A stretch of 32,000 nucleotides of DNA from Paracoccus suum (GTDB taxonomy: Bacteria > Pseudomonadota > Alphaproteobacteria > Rhodobacterales > Rhodobacteraceae): positions 120,001 through 152,000 of the forward strand of contig NZ_CP030918.1 of the NCBI RefSeq assembly GCF_003324675.1, read 5' to 3'. Positions 8,801 through 19,814 of the stretch are shown here, in pieces. The translations under genes were made by a program, and so were the position numbers. Below the pieces are notes generated by a model. It ran no database searches. It saw only the letters and a program-made list of their open reading frames with translations, and was not told the origin of the DNA. The number at the start of each line of letters is the position of its first letter. Positions within the stretch are counted from its first letter, which is position 1.

Positions 8801-8884
8801 AGGCAGAAAGACGGTGTCGCGATAGTCGGCGGCATCGGCATTGTCAGATTGGACCGCGGGCGGGGCGGACGTGTCGGCGCACAT
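5858..8884 (-). CDS. ileS: isoleucine--tRNA ligase
   Basis: 1008 aa. HIGH motif (PYANGHLHIGHALN), KMSKS motif (KMSKSLGN), CP1 editing motif WTTTPWT, and a C-terminal Zn-finger-like CQRCW...CARC. Confidence 0.97.
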   Translation of the reverse strand: MCADTSAPPAVQSDNADAADYRDTVFLPETEFPMRAGLPQREPEWLARWARLRIYDQLRANAAGRRPFILHDGPPYANGHLHIGHALNKVLKDIVTRSQQMMGRDARYVPGWDCHGLPIEWKIEEQYRARGQDKDAVDMIEFRQECRAFAAGWVDTQRAEFERLGVIGNWADPYLTMNFHAESVIAAEFMKLVMNGSLYQGSKPVMWSPVEKTALAEAEVEYHDHTSHQVWVRFPVIEAARVLAPLVSRSSPGVPIVDDRMNLQDALVRNNVSVVIWTTTPWTIPQNRAVAYNPEIDYAVLRVNAVTEGSTAKVGEQLLVASSQIEDIARAAKIERYEIGEAFKGDLLSNILLSHPYRGLDGGSREWDFPVPLLPGDHVTEDAGTGFVHTAPSHGEDDYQMGLRHGLPMTHNVGPDGSYRGDLPVFGGQAILTPEGKEGPANVSNIKALAGQGALLAKGKVKHSYPHSWRSKAPVIFRNTPQWFAAIDKPLDDGMGEYGQTIRARALASIDELVKWTPRTGRNRIHSMVENRPDWVLSRQRAWGVPLTCFTRANARPDAPNFLLRDEAVNARIREAFAIHGADVWYTEGFKDRMLEGLHDPAEWDQVMDVLDVWFDSGSTHAFVLRDRADGAPDGIADLYLEGTDQHRGWFQSSLLQACATQGRAPYRGVLTHGFTLDEKGMKMSKSLGNTIVPAKVIEQYGADILRLWVAQADYTADQRIGPEILKGTADSYRRLRNTLRFLLGALADFDEAERVEPAQMPELERWVLHRLAQLDAEVSQGFEAYDFQGVFQSLFNFATSDLSAFWFDIRKDALYCDAPGSLRRRAVRTVLDAVFRRLTLWLAPILPFTAEDVWLSRWPSDTDSVHLHDFPPTPADWRNDALAARWDMVRRARRVVTAALEVKRSDKTIGASLEAAPVVHVEDPDMFAVLENVDFADMCITSDLTLTPAPAPEGAFLLADVLGVGVIFALAEGQKCQRCWQILPDVGSHAHPGVCARCDEALTALGR

Positions 8885-9082
8885 CGAGGCTATCCTTGCA
8901 GGCGTTCAGGGTTGGGCAAGCGGCAACGACCCGGCAGCGCGGCCCGCAAGGGCTCAGGCCGCCGGGCGGATAATTCGATGTATCGCGCCCGTCATCAGCA
9001 TGCGGTGGTTATAGGCAGCGCGGATTGCCGCCACAAGACGCGGGGACGAGGGGCACTGCCTGGGCCGCGCCTTTGCGCGGTG

Positions 9083-9604
9083 TCAGTTGGCCGGCTTCGC
9101 GTCGGCCGTGGCGGGGGCGCCATGGTGATGGCCCGCGGCCGGCGCCATGTCGTGACCGGCATGGGACATGGGCGCACCCGAGGCGCGCTCGTTGTCGACC
9201 GGGACATCGGCCGGGACCTGACCGCAGGGGCCGAAGTCGAGTGTCAGGGCGACAGTCTCGCCCGCCTTCAGCGGCTTTTCGAGGCCCATCAGCATGACGT
9301 GATTGCCGCCACGCTCCAGCTTCAGATCGCCGCCGGCTGGAACGGTCAGGCTCTCGACCTTGACCATCTTCATCACGCCGCCCTCTTCCTTGTGGCCGTG
9401 CAGCTCGGTCCGCTCGGCGACCGTGCTTTGCGCGCCCTGCAAGGTGCAGTCCGCGGCGCCGGGGTTGTGGATGGTCATGAAGGCGGCGCCCGCGTGGGCA
9501 TTGGCGCTGCGCGCATAGGCGTCGGCCACGGTCGGCGCGGGCTCGGCCGCGGCGGCGATCAGGGGCAGGCAGGCGGCGGCGAGGGTCAGTGCAGTCGTTT
9601 TCAT
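9083..9604 (-). CDS. periplasmic copper chaperone PCu(A)C (DUF461) with His/Met-rich C-terminal tail
   Basis: Signal peptide MKTTALTLAAACLPLIAAAA. Has H(M)X10MX21HXM-type ligand spacing (HGHKEEGGVMKM ... GGNHVMLMG). The tail MSHAGHDMAPAAGHHHG is His/Met-rich. Confidence 0.85.
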   Translation of the reverse strand: MKTTALTLAAACLPLIAAAAEPAPTVADAYARSANAHAGAAFMTIHNPGAADCTLQGAQSTVAERTELHGHKEEGGVMKMVKVESLTVPAGGDLKLERGGNHVMLMGLEKPLKAGETVALTLDFGPCGQVPADVPVDNERASGAPMSHAGHDMAPAAGHHHGAPATADAKPAN

Positions 9605-9640
9605 GTCGGTGTGTCCTGTGTGCGTTGCTTTCGGTTCGGG

Positions 9641-9991
9641 TCAGGCGGGCACTACAGGCGGGGCGCGGGCCCGCGGCGGCATCGGCGCGGGCAAGACGAG
9701 GTGAAGGGCGGCCTGCTGCGCTGCCAGGAGGCGTGCAGTCGGGGTCGGCCCGACGAACTGAACCGGCGGCGCGCCGATCGCGGCCATCAGCCCCAGCGCC
9801 ATGTCGGGACAGATTTCTGCATGTCCTGAGACCGGCCCCCCGTCCGGGCCAGGCAGGACCGCAACGCGCAAAGCCTCGCCCGAGCACAGGATGACCGTGC
9901 CACCCGCCAGCACCCGCCCCCGCGCATGCCCCAAGGCGATGCCGGTCAGCAAGGTCACGATCAAGAGGGCGAGGCTGGCGGCGTTGCGCAT
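9641..9991 (-). CDS. hypothetical small membrane-anchored protein with Cys/His/Met motif, upstream of PCu(A)C
   Basis: 116-aa ORF with a strong G/C bias at third codon positions in this frame and an N-terminal hydrophobic segment ASLALLIVTLLTGIALG. Contains ILCSGE ... GHAEICPDM. It ends 36 nt before the PCu(A)C start. No convincing SD and no family recognised. Confidence 0.5.
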   Translation of the reverse strand: MRNAASLALLIVTLLTGIALGHARGRVLAGGTVILCSGEALRVAVLPGPDGGPVSGHAEICPDMALGLMAAIGAPPVQFVGPTPTARLLAAQQAALHLVLPAPMPPRARAPPVVPA

Positions 9992-10065
9992 ATCGGGGTC
10001 AGTGCTACCCGATCAGGGCAATGGTTGCACAGGGGCGATGCGTCGCGTTGGCGGCAACGTCAGAA

Positions 10066-10095
10066 CGCAAAAGGCCCCGCCATTGGGGCGAGGCC
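10066..10095 (-). terminator. rho-independent terminator downstream of rpmB
   Basis: Minus strand reads GGCCTCGCC-CCAAT-GGCGGGGCC (9 bp including one G-U) followed by TTTTGCG. It begins 23 nt after the rpmB stop. Confidence 0.75.
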
Positions 10096-10118
10096 TTGAT
10101 ACAGCAATCCGGGACGGT

Positions 10119-10406
10119 TCAGGCGGTGGCCTGGCCCTTGGCGATCTCGCGCTTGATCTTCAGCGCGCGGTCCGACAGCTCGTCGTCCTTGGCTTTCGCC
10201 AGGAACGCGTCAAGGCCGCCGCGGTGGTCGACCGAGCGAAGGCCAGCGGCCGAGATGCGCAGCGCGTAGCTCTTGCCAGTCGATTCGCTCAGCAGCGTGA
10301 CGTCGTTGAGATTCGGCAGGAACCGGCGACGGCTCTTGTTGTTGGCGTGGCTGACATTGTTGCCCGACATCGGGCCTTTGCCGGTCAGTTCGCAGACGCG
10401 CGACAT
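10119..10406 (-). CDS. rpmB: 50S ribosomal protein L28
   Basis: [33 protein letters not shown] is the hallmark L28 N-terminus. Start at M20 of the track ORF (CAT at 10404-10406), with GAAGGA upstream. Confidence 0.95.
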   Translation of the reverse strand: MSRVCELTGKGPMSGNNVSHANNKSRRRFLPNLNDVTLLSESTGKSYALRISAAGLRSVDHRGGLDAFLAKAKDDELSDRALKIKREIAKGQATA

Positions 10407-10461
10407 GGGCGTAATCCTTCGTGTCCTCGAGGCGGCGCGGGTCTGACGGGCAGCCTGCCGC

Positions 10462-10491
10462 AATATGAAAGGGCGCCGCGAGGCAGCGCCC
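10462..10491 (-). terminator. rho-independent terminator downstream of yciB
   Basis: Minus strand reads GGGCGCTGC-CTC-GCGGCGCCC (9 bp including one G-U) followed by TTTCATATT. It lies between the yciB stop (10533) and the rpmB start. Confidence 0.6.
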
Positions 10492-10532
10492 GAAAAACTG
10501 TTTGGCGTCCTTAAACGGACCGGACCTGCCCG

Positions 10533-11171
10533 TCAAGCCTGCCCGTCGGGGTTCTCGCCATCGCGGGGGCTGTCCGGATGCAGCGCATAGCGGCGCAGCA
10601 GGCCAACCTGCGCCATGAAGAAGATGAATAGGATCGCGGTCATGCCGAAGATCTTGAAGTTAACCCAGGTGCCCTCGGACATCGTGCGCCAGACGACCTC
10701 GTTCAGGACGGCGAGGCCGGCGAACATCAGCGCCATGCGGCCGGTCAGGATGCGCCAGCCCTCCTCGCGCATGGGCATCGCCTCGCCCATCAGTCGCGCC
10801 AGCCAGTTGCGCCGCAGTGCCAGGCTGACGCCCAGCACGGACGCAAACAGAAGGTACAGCAAGGTCGGCTTCATCTTGAAGAATCGCGGGTCGTTCAGCC
10901 AGAGGCTGAGGCCGCCGAACACCACCAGCAGGACCACGGTCGCGATCTGCATTACCGACAGCTTGCCAGTCAGCCGCCACAGGATCAGCGTGGCCAGCAC
11001 TGTGACCGGCACGAAGATCATCGTTGCAACCATCAGACCGGAATAGCCGGTGCCGCCCAACATCACCGTTTCGGCCTTTAGCCGGCTGTAAACGACGAAG
11101 AACAGGATTAGCGGCCCGTATTCCAGCGCGGCCTTCAGGACGGGGCTGACCTTGCGGGGTTGGGGTTGCAT
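10533..11171 (-). CDS. yciB: intracellular septation protein A (YciB/IspZ family inner-membrane protein)
   Basis: MQPQPRKVSPVLKAALEYGPLILFFVVY... with about 5 hydrophobic helices, typical length (212 aa) and the typical family N-terminus. Start at M57 of the track ORF (CAT at 11169-11171), preceded by GAGAGGA. Confidence 0.8.
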   Translation of the reverse strand: MQPQPRKVSPVLKAALEYGPLILFFVVYSRLKAETVMLGGTGYSGLMVATMIFVPVTVLATLILWRLTGKLSVMQIATVVLLVVFGGLSLWLNDPRFFKMKPTLLYLLFASVLGVSLALRRNWLARLMGEAMPMREEGWRILTGRMALMFAGLAVLNEVVWRTMSEGTWVNFKIFGMTAILFIFFMAQVGLLRRYALHPDSPRDGENPDGQA

Positions 11172-11232
11172 CGGCGTCCTCTCGGGTAGTGGCCCTGCTC
11201 TGTGGCCGCTGGCGGCGGGGCGCGCAAGCCGG

Positions 11233-12675
11233 TCAGTCGAACGGCACGGCGGCGATGATCTGCCCCAGGCTGCGGCGCGCGGCGATCTGCTGGACCAGGA
11301 CGGCGTGGCGGGTGTCGGCGGGAAGCGCCTCTCTGCCACCGCCGCGCGGCACCACGGTCAGGCGCAGCGGCCCGCGTCCGTCCCAGACCGCCAGGCGGTC
11401 CAGCGAGACGACGACATTGCGGTAAGCCACCGTGCGGCCGCGATTCTCGCCCGCGCCGATGCGCACCTCGCGGCGAGGGACGAACCGCACCAGATCGACG
11501 CTGAAGGCGCCGGACAGCTTGGCGCCGGGGGTCAGGTCGACCCGGATGCGCTCGCCCTCGTCGGCGACGGCGACCTGCGCGGGGCTACCCTCGGCCTCAT
11601 GCATGTCGACCAGCATCTCGAGGCTGGCCGGCCCGAGGTCGAGCGGCGTGTCGAGACCGCCAACCACGAATTGCGGGGTATAGGTCGCGCGCTCGCCGGT
11701 GCGGCGGCCATAGGCGCGCTGCCGGGCGGTGAACTCGGGCCGGGCAAAATCATCAACCCAGCCGAGATAATCCCAGTAATCGACGTGAAAAGTCAGGGCG
11801 AGCACGTCAGGGCGCGAGGTCAACTCGCCCAGCAGCGCATCCGCCGGCGGACAGGAGGAGCATCCCTGCGAGGTGAACAGTTCGACCACGACCGGCGAGG
11901 CGGTGACCGCCGGGACAGATTTCGTTCGGCCGGCCGGTTGGGCCGGGGCAGCGGCGTTGGGGGCAACACCCGGGGCAGTGGCATTTGAAAGGGGCGGGAT
12001 AAGCTTTCCGGTTGGCACGGGGGCGCCGGCGGGAGGCGGGGCCGCGGCCGGGTCGGCGGCAGGCGGGGCCAGGGACATCGACTGGCTGTCCAGCGATCCC
12101 CAGGATGATTCGGCCGAGGCAGGTTCGGACGGCCCGTCCAACACCATATCCCCGATCCCGGAATCGTCGGGCGAGATGACGGGCGTGTCGTCCTCCGGAG
12201 GCTCGTCGCCGGGACCTACATTACCGGTGCCCTTGCCTTGCCCGCCGTTGCCGTCAGCTTGAGGTTCATCGGACTTGGGCTCTGCCGTCGTGTCGTCGCT
12301 CTCGTCCTGGCTTTGGCTGTCATCCTGCTGCGCGCCTTGGCCATTTCCGGAGTTCTGGCCTCGGTCGCCCTTGCCTTGCTGCGCCCCGTTACCCTTGTCG
12401 TCGGCGTCGTCCTGGCCTTGGCCCTCGTCCTGACCCTGATCGCTACTATCGCCTTTCTCCTGGGCGCCCTTGCCATGCTCGCCAGACTTGCCGCTATCGT
12501 CGGACTTGCCCTCGCCTTGGCCAGCCTCGCTGTGGCTGCCGCCCGCGTCGTCGGGCCCCTTCGCCGCCAGCGGCAGCGCAGTCCCGCCGAGCAAAAGCGC
12601 CGCCAGCAGCAGTGCCCTGGCGGCAGGACGGCGGGTGCCGCGGGTGATCGGAAACAAGGGGCCAAGGGCGATCAT
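11233..12675 (-). CDS. DUF1223 (thioredoxin-like CxxC) protein with a long N-terminal acidic low-complexity extension
   Basis: The C-terminal 220 aa carry the DUF1223 signature ([16 protein letters not shown] ... [10 protein letters not shown] ... YTPQFVVGG). The N-terminus has an RR-containing signal/anchor ([18 protein letters not shown]), followed by about 220 aa rich in G/Q/D/S/E/K/P. Confidence 0.8.
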   Translation of the reverse strand: MIALGPLFPITRGTRRPAARALLLAALLLGGTALPLAAKGPDDAGGSHSEAGQGEGKSDDSGKSGEHGKGAQEKGDSSDQGQDEGQGQDDADDKGNGAQQGKGDRGQNSGNGQGAQQDDSQSQDESDDTTAEPKSDEPQADGNGGQGKGTGNVGPGDEPPEDDTPVISPDDSGIGDMVLDGPSEPASAESSWGSLDSQSMSLAPPAADPAAAPPPAGAPVPTGKLIPPLSNATAPGVAPNAAAPAQPAGRTKSVPAVTASPVVVELFTSQGCSSCPPADALLGELTSRPDVLALTFHVDYWDYLGWVDDFARPEFTARQRAYGRRTGERATYTPQFVVGGLDTPLDLGPASLEMLVDMHEAEGSPAQVAVADEGERIRVDLTPGAKLSGAFSVDLVRFVPRREVRIGAGENRGRTVAYRNVVVSLDRLAVWDGRGPLRLTVVPRGGGREALPADTRHAVLVQQIAARRSLGQIIAAVPFD

Positions 12676-12874
12676 GGCATGGTCATACCCGATCCCTGTT
12701 CACATTGCCCAATCAACGCTTCGTCAAGGCCAACGCGAGCCGGGCCTGCTTGCAAATCAGCCACATTCGGTATACCGTCGCATACAATTCAAACGCAATG
12801 GTTGCCAGCCTCGCCATCGTCGGGCAGACGCAGCGCATCCAACGCCCCATTCGCCAGCCAGGAGCAGGTCAGCC

Positions 12875-15664
<2,790 letters not shown>

Positions 15665-15687
15665 CAGCTTTTTGCCTGGCCTGGTGA

Positions 15688-15722
15688 CCGGCCCGTCTGC
15701 ATCGCAGGCGGGCCGGTTTCGT
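15688..15722 (+). terminator. rho-independent terminator of acnA
   Basis: CCGGCCCGTCTGC-ATC-GCAGGCGGGCCGG (13 bp including one G-U) followed by TTTCGTG, 24 nt after the acnA stop. Confidence 0.8.
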
Positions 15723-15830
15723 GACAGTGCGCGCGGGCCGGGCAGTCCTGCGCCCAAGGCCAACTGATCCACTTGGCGGCCCGCCGCCGAGGCGCTAGGC
15801 AGGGGCGCCCAGCGCCGAGGAGGTGACGCC

Positions 15831-16775
15831 GTGACCCTTGCCACCCCGATCACCCCCTGCCCTCCCCGTGGCGCACTGACGGCGGGGCGGGTGCTGGCCG
15901 ATCTGACATGGCTTCGGGTCGGCGGCCCGGCGGACTGGCTGTTCCAGCCGGCGGACGAGGCTGACCTGACGCAGTTCCTGGCCCAACTGCCGGCGGACGT
16001 GCCCGTGTTCCCGATCGGCGTCGGAAGCAACCTGATCGTTCGCGACGGCGGCATCCGCGGCGTGGTCATCCGCCTCGGGCGCGGCTTCAACGGCATCGAG
16101 GTTGACCCGGAAAGCGGCATCGTGACCGCTGGTGCAGCGGCGCTGGACGCCCATGTCGCCCGCCGCGCTGCCGAGGCGGGACGCGATCTGACCTTCCTGC
16201 GCACCATTCCCGGCAGCATCGGCGGCGCGGTGCGGATGAACGCCGGCTGCTATGGCAGCTACGTCGCCGATCATCTGATCGACATCCGCGCGGTCACCCG
16301 CGACGGCCGCCCCGTCACCATCCCGGCCGGGGATCTGGCCCTCGCCTATCGCAGCAGCAGCCTGCCCGACGGTTGGATCGTCACCGGCGCGCGCCTGCGC
16401 GCCGACGCGGCTGATCCGGCCCAGTTGGCACAACGGATGGACGAGCAACTGGCCCGCCGCGACGCCAGTCAGCCGGTCAAGGAACGCAGCGCGGGTTCGA
16501 CCTTTCGCAACCCGGCCGGCTTTTCGTCGACCGGGCGCGCCGATGACCGCCACGACCTCAAGGCCTGGACCCTGATCGACGCCGCAGGCCTGCGCGGCCA
16601 CCGCCTCGGAGGCGCGCAGATGAGCGAAAAGCACCCGAACTTCCTGCTGAACACCGGGGACGCTTCCGCCGCCGATCTCGAGGCACTGGGCGAGTTGGTT
16701 CGCGCCCGCGTGCGCGAGACCTCCGGCCACGCCTTGCAGTGGGAGGTGATCCGGATCGGCGAGCCGGCCCCTTGA
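15831..16775 (+). CDS. murB: UDP-N-acetylenolpyruvoylglucosamine reductase
   Basis: FAD-binding PCMH-type N-terminal region ([14 protein letters not shown]...[25 protein letters not shown]) and a MurB C-terminal region (SAGSTFRNP...LIDAAGLRG...[15 protein letters not shown]). GTG start preceded by GAGGAGG. Confidence 0.92.
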   Translation: MTLATPITPCPPRGALTAGRVLADLTWLRVGGPADWLFQPADEADLTQFLAQLPADVPVFPIGVGSNLIVRDGGIRGVVIRLGRGFNGIEVDPESGIVTAGAAALDAHVARRAAEAGRDLTFLRTIPGSIGGAVRMNAGCYGSYVADHLIDIRAVTRDGRPVTIPAGDLALAYRSSSLPDGWIVTGARLRADAADPAQLAQRMDEQLARRDASQPVKERSAGSTFRNPAGFSSTGRADDRHDLKAWTLIDAAGLRGHRLGGAQMSEKHPNFLLNTGDASAADLEALGELVRARVRETSGHALQWEVIRIGEPAP

Positions 16776-16839
16776 AGGTGCCCCCTCCGTCAAAGCGGCC
16801 CCCGTTGAAACCCCAGCCGTTGGCGGGCGTTTCCTCTCG

Positions 16840-16857
16840 GACACCACCTCTGGTGTC
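16840..16857. promoter_or_regulatory. inverted repeat GACACCA-N4-TGGTGTC, candidate TetR operator
   Basis: Perfect 7-bp arms, 22 nt upstream of the TetR-family start codon, in the murB-tetR spacer. Confidence 0.35.
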
Positions 16858-16878
16858 GGGCACAGACGGAGCAAGCTG

Positions 16879-17499
16879 ATGGTCCGTGCCAAGGGCAGCC
16901 GGAACACCGGCTACGACGAACGACGGGCCGAACTGCTGGAATGCCTGCGTCATCGCATCCGGCAACCCGGAGCCTCGAACCCCACGCTGCGCGAATTGTC
17001 GATCGCCTGCGGTTGCAGTGTCTCGACCCTCAAGCATTATTTCGGCCGCCGCCAGGACATCGTGCTGGCCATCTTCGAGGATACTCACGCCCGCGCGCGG
17101 CGCCATCTGGAGCGGGTGCGCGAGCCCACCGGCCCCCTCGACCAGTCGATCCGCGATGCTGTCCACGAGGCGTGGATGGTGCTGTCCGACCTCGGCGCGG
17201 CGCGGACGCTGGGGATCGGGCTCAGCGAGGGACTGGGCCACGCCGCCCTCGGGCCGGGCTATCTGAACGACGTATTCGACCCCTATATCCGCGCCCTCTG
17301 CGACCGCCTGGCGACGCATATCCTGCGCGGCGAGATGCGGGACGTGGAGCCGCGGATGGCGGCGCTTGCGCTCGCCTCGCCACTGCTGCTGGCTGCGCTT
17401 CACCAGGAGCATCTCGACGGTGCTCGCGTCTGGCCGCTAGACCGCGAAAAGATGCTGGACCACACCGTCGAGAGCTTTCTACGCGCCTACGCCCTCTGA
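16879..17499 (+). CDS. TetR/AcrR family transcriptional regulator
   Basis: N-terminal HTH region RRAELLECL...NPTLRELSIACGCSVSTLKHYFGRRQDIVLAIFE. 206 aa. ACGGAG lies upstream of the ATG. Confidence 0.85.
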   Translation: MVRAKGSRNTGYDERRAELLECLRHRIRQPGASNPTLRELSIACGCSVSTLKHYFGRRQDIVLAIFEDTHARARRHLERVREPTGPLDQSIRDAVHEAWMVLSDLGAARTLGIGLSEGLGHAALGPGYLNDVFDPYIRALCDRLATHILRGEMRDVEPRMAALALASPLLLAALHQEHLDGARVWPLDREKMLDHTVESFLRAYAL

Positions 17500-18176
17500 C
17501 GCGCAGGGCCAAGCTGCCGGCCGCGCGCGAGCTCCGGCGTCGCCAGATGGCGCAGCCCCTGGGTCACGTCGGCGCGGACCGCCAGCCGCAGCCCCGGCTC
17601 GTCGCCCGCCCGCAGCGCGGCGAGGATCAGGCGGTGGTGGCGCGGCGGCTCGTGGCGCTGCACCCGGCCGTAGAGGGCGCGCATGGTCGGCCCCAGTTGC
17701 AGCCAGACCGTCTCCAGCACCGCCAGCATCGCCGGGGCCTGGGCACGCAGGTAGAGCGTGCGGTGAAACTCCAGATTGGTGCGGATATAGGCAACGGCAT
17801 CGTGACGCTCGACAGCCTCGGCGATAGCCGTGTTGATCGCCGCCAGCCGATCGATCAGCGCGAAATGTGCGCGCGGCAGGGCGCGGCTGGCCAGCTCTGG
17901 CTCGATCAGTGCCCGCAGCGCGGCCAATTCCTCGATCCGCTCGTCAGACAAGGCCGGGGTGGCGACGCGCCCGGACGAGGACAGCGTCAATGCCCCCTCA
18001 GCCACCAGGCGCCGCACCGCCTCGCGGGCGGGGGTCATAGATACGCCGTATTCCGTGGCGATCCCGCGCAGCGTCAGGGCTTGGCCGGGGGCGAGTTCGC
18101 CCAGCATGATGCGGGCGCGCAGGGTGCGATACAGGCGCTCGTGCTGGGTTGGCTCAATGGGACGGCTGGTGGGCAT
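17487..18176 (-). CDS. GntR family transcriptional regulator (FadR/FCD subfamily)
   Basis: Winged-HTH region LYRTLRARIMLGELAPGQALTLRGIATEYGVSMTPAREAVRRLVAEGAL, followed by a helical FCD-like C-terminal domain. The 3' end overlaps the convergent TetR gene by 13 nt. Confidence 0.88.
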   Translation of the reverse strand: MPTSRPIEPTQHERLYRTLRARIMLGELAPGQALTLRGIATEYGVSMTPAREAVRRLVAEGALTLSSSGRVATPALSDERIEELAALRALIEPELASRALPRAHFALIDRLAAINTAIAEAVERHDAVAYIRTNLEFHRTLYLRAQAPAMLAVLETVWLQLGPTMRALYGRVQRHEPPRHHRLILAALRAGDEPGLRLAVRADVTQGLRHLATPELARGRQLGPARQRA

Positions 18177-18206
18177 GGGATGTGATCACACCGCTAAGGG
18201 TCGGCG

Positions 18207-18905
18207 TCAATCCCGTCGAAAGCGCCATGCCTGCAGGGCTGGCCCATGCCGGCGCAACCAGGCGCGGCTGCCCTCATGCTCCGGGCAAAGATGCGCGACC
18301 ACCGCCCAGAAAGCTGGCGAGTGGTCCATCCGCGCCAGATGTGCGACTTCATGCGCGGCGACATAATCCAGCACGGCAGGCGGGGCCATCGCCAGCCGCC
18401 AGTTGAACATCAGCTTGCCCTGAGCGGTGCAACTGCCCCAGCGCGAGCGGGTATCGCGCAGGCTGATGCCAGTCAGCTTGCGCACGCCACTGGGCAGCCG
18501 GCGCGCATGGGCCGTGCAGGCCGGCTCCAGTACGGTCCGCGCCCGCTCGCGCAGCCAAGCCGCCAGTACCGGCCCGGGCTCTCGCCCTGCGGGCACCAGC
18601 AGCGCCTCGCCCTCGATCCGCGGCAGGCGCAGGGCGGCAGGCGTGATCACCAGCGGCGTGCCGTCCACCGGAAGCCTGGCCCCATGGGCCACCACTGCCG
18701 GCGCGGGCATGGAGGCCACCGCCCGGCCCAGCCAATCGGCGCGCGATTGCACGAACCGGGCGCCCTCCGCCTCGGTCGCGCCGGGTGGCAATGTCAGCAC
18801 CGCCTGCCCGTCGCGACGGCTGACCCGCAGGATCATGCGCCGCGCCCGCGCCGAGCGCCGCACCACAACCTCCTGCCCCGTCGCCAGCGTGATCGAGCCC
18901 ATCAA
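18207..18905 (-). CDS. YgjP-like (DUF45 / M48-related) zinc metallopeptidase
   Basis: WGSCTAQGKLMFNWRLAMAPPAVLDYVAAHEVAHLARMDHSPAFW carries the HExxH motif and the family-typical context. Confidence 0.8.
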   Translation of the reverse strand: MMGSITLATGQEVVVRRSARARRMILRVSRRDGQAVLTLPPGATEAEGARFVQSRADWLGRAVASMPAPAVVAHGARLPVDGTPLVITPAALRLPRIEGEALLVPAGREPGPVLAAWLRERARTVLEPACTAHARRLPSGVRKLTGISLRDTRSRWGSCTAQGKLMFNWRLAMAPPAVLDYVAAHEVAHLARMDHSPAFWAVVAHLCPEHEGSRAWLRRHGPALQAWRFRRD

Positions 18906-19011
18906 CCCCCAGCGCGTCCCGGCGCGCCGCCCTTTTTCCCGAAAGGTTTTGACACCCCGCAGGGGCTGTGGCAGGGGGACGCCGATTTGCCAACCCTACC
19001 CGGAGATCCCC

Positions 19012-19341
19012 ATGCCTAAAGAAGAGTGGGGCACCAAACGGATGTGCCCCCATTGCGGTTCGCGTTTCTACGATCTGCAGGCCGATCCGATGACTTGCCC
19101 GGTCTGCAGCGAGACCTTTACTGCGGAAAGCCTGGTCGCCGGCCGCGGCCGCGCCATTGTCCGCGAAAAGGCGGCTGCGGTCGATACCAGCGATGACGAT
19201 GACGTGATCGAGACGGACAGCGAACTGGACGCCAACGAGGCCGAGGCGGACCTGGACGACGACCTGCTGGAAGACGACGATGATGGCGACGTTTCGCTCG
19301 ATGAAATCGCCGACGTGCCCGCGGACGAAGACGAAAACTGA
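19012..19341 (+). CDS. FYDLN-acid (TIGR02300-like) zinc-ribbon protein with acidic tail
   Basis: MPKEEWGTKRMCPHCGSRFYDLQADPMTCPVCSETF (CxxC...CxxC ribbon plus an FYDL motif), followed by a D/E-rich C-terminus. The ATG at 19012 is in frame with the longer track ORF. Confidence 0.75.
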   Translation: MPKEEWGTKRMCPHCGSRFYDLQADPMTCPVCSETFTAESLVAGRGRAIVREKAAAVDTSDDDDVIETDSELDANEAEADLDDDLLEDDDDGDVSLDEIADVPADEDEN

Positions 19342-19463
19342 GGCCTGTTGAAGGCCCTATCATGAAAGGGGGCGCGGGCCGGAAATACCGCTTGCGCCCC
19401 CCGAGACCACCCCATATACGACGCCGCACGCAGCAGGGCACAGACCTGATGCGGACCTCCGGT

Positions 19464-19539
<76 letters not shown>

Positions 19540-19814
19540 TAGACCTATATTGTTTATTTGCATTAAGTTGGCAGGAACTCCCCTGTCAAATGTTTCGGGC
19601 ATGGATTGGCCGAAATCTAGTGGGTCATCGATAGATTCGAGTGGTCGATAAATTGCTTCACTTCCACCCGCAAACGGGCGTTTGCTAAGCGCCGGGTTTA
19701 GGCTTTAGATAACCATTGTCAGGTTGCGTAATGTTTAAGGCCGCCCCGCGTTCGGGAGCCCGGGCTCTCTCGTATCAATCGGGCCGACCAACTTGCCACC
19801 AAGCGGCCGGCGGT

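Noticed and set aside
8540-9887. Long ORFs 8540-9829 (+) and 9009-9887 (-) across the ileS 5' end, PCu(A)C gene and spacer
   Set aside because: Their products are extremely Arg/Gly/Pro-rich. They cross intergenic regions and overlap the well-supported ileS and PCu(A)C genes.
12470-12874. Upstream extension of the acnA ORF
   Set aside because: It would overlap the divergent DUF1223 gene start and the promoter spacer. AcnA homology begins at MPIVTG (12875), which has a GGAG upstream.
15795-18185. Shadow ORFs 15795-16907 (-), 16558-17412 (-) and 16941-18185 (+) over murB, TetR and GntR
   Set aside because: Each is antisense to, or out of frame with, a gene carrying clear family motifs, and none has motifs of its own.
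18246-19053. ORFs 18246-19019 (+), 18349-19053 (-) and the 18427-19011 extension of the FYDLN ORF
   Set aside because: They overlap the YgjP-like metallopeptidase gene (HExxH) and the divergent promoter spacer. The FYDLN-family sequence starts at the ATG at 19012.
19392-19420. Possible sigma-70 promoter for tRNA-Ala (TTGCGC-N16/17-ATATAC/TATACG)
   Set aside because: Only 3-4 of 6 positions match in each hexamer. It is plausible but too weak to list as a feature without a mapped transcription start.
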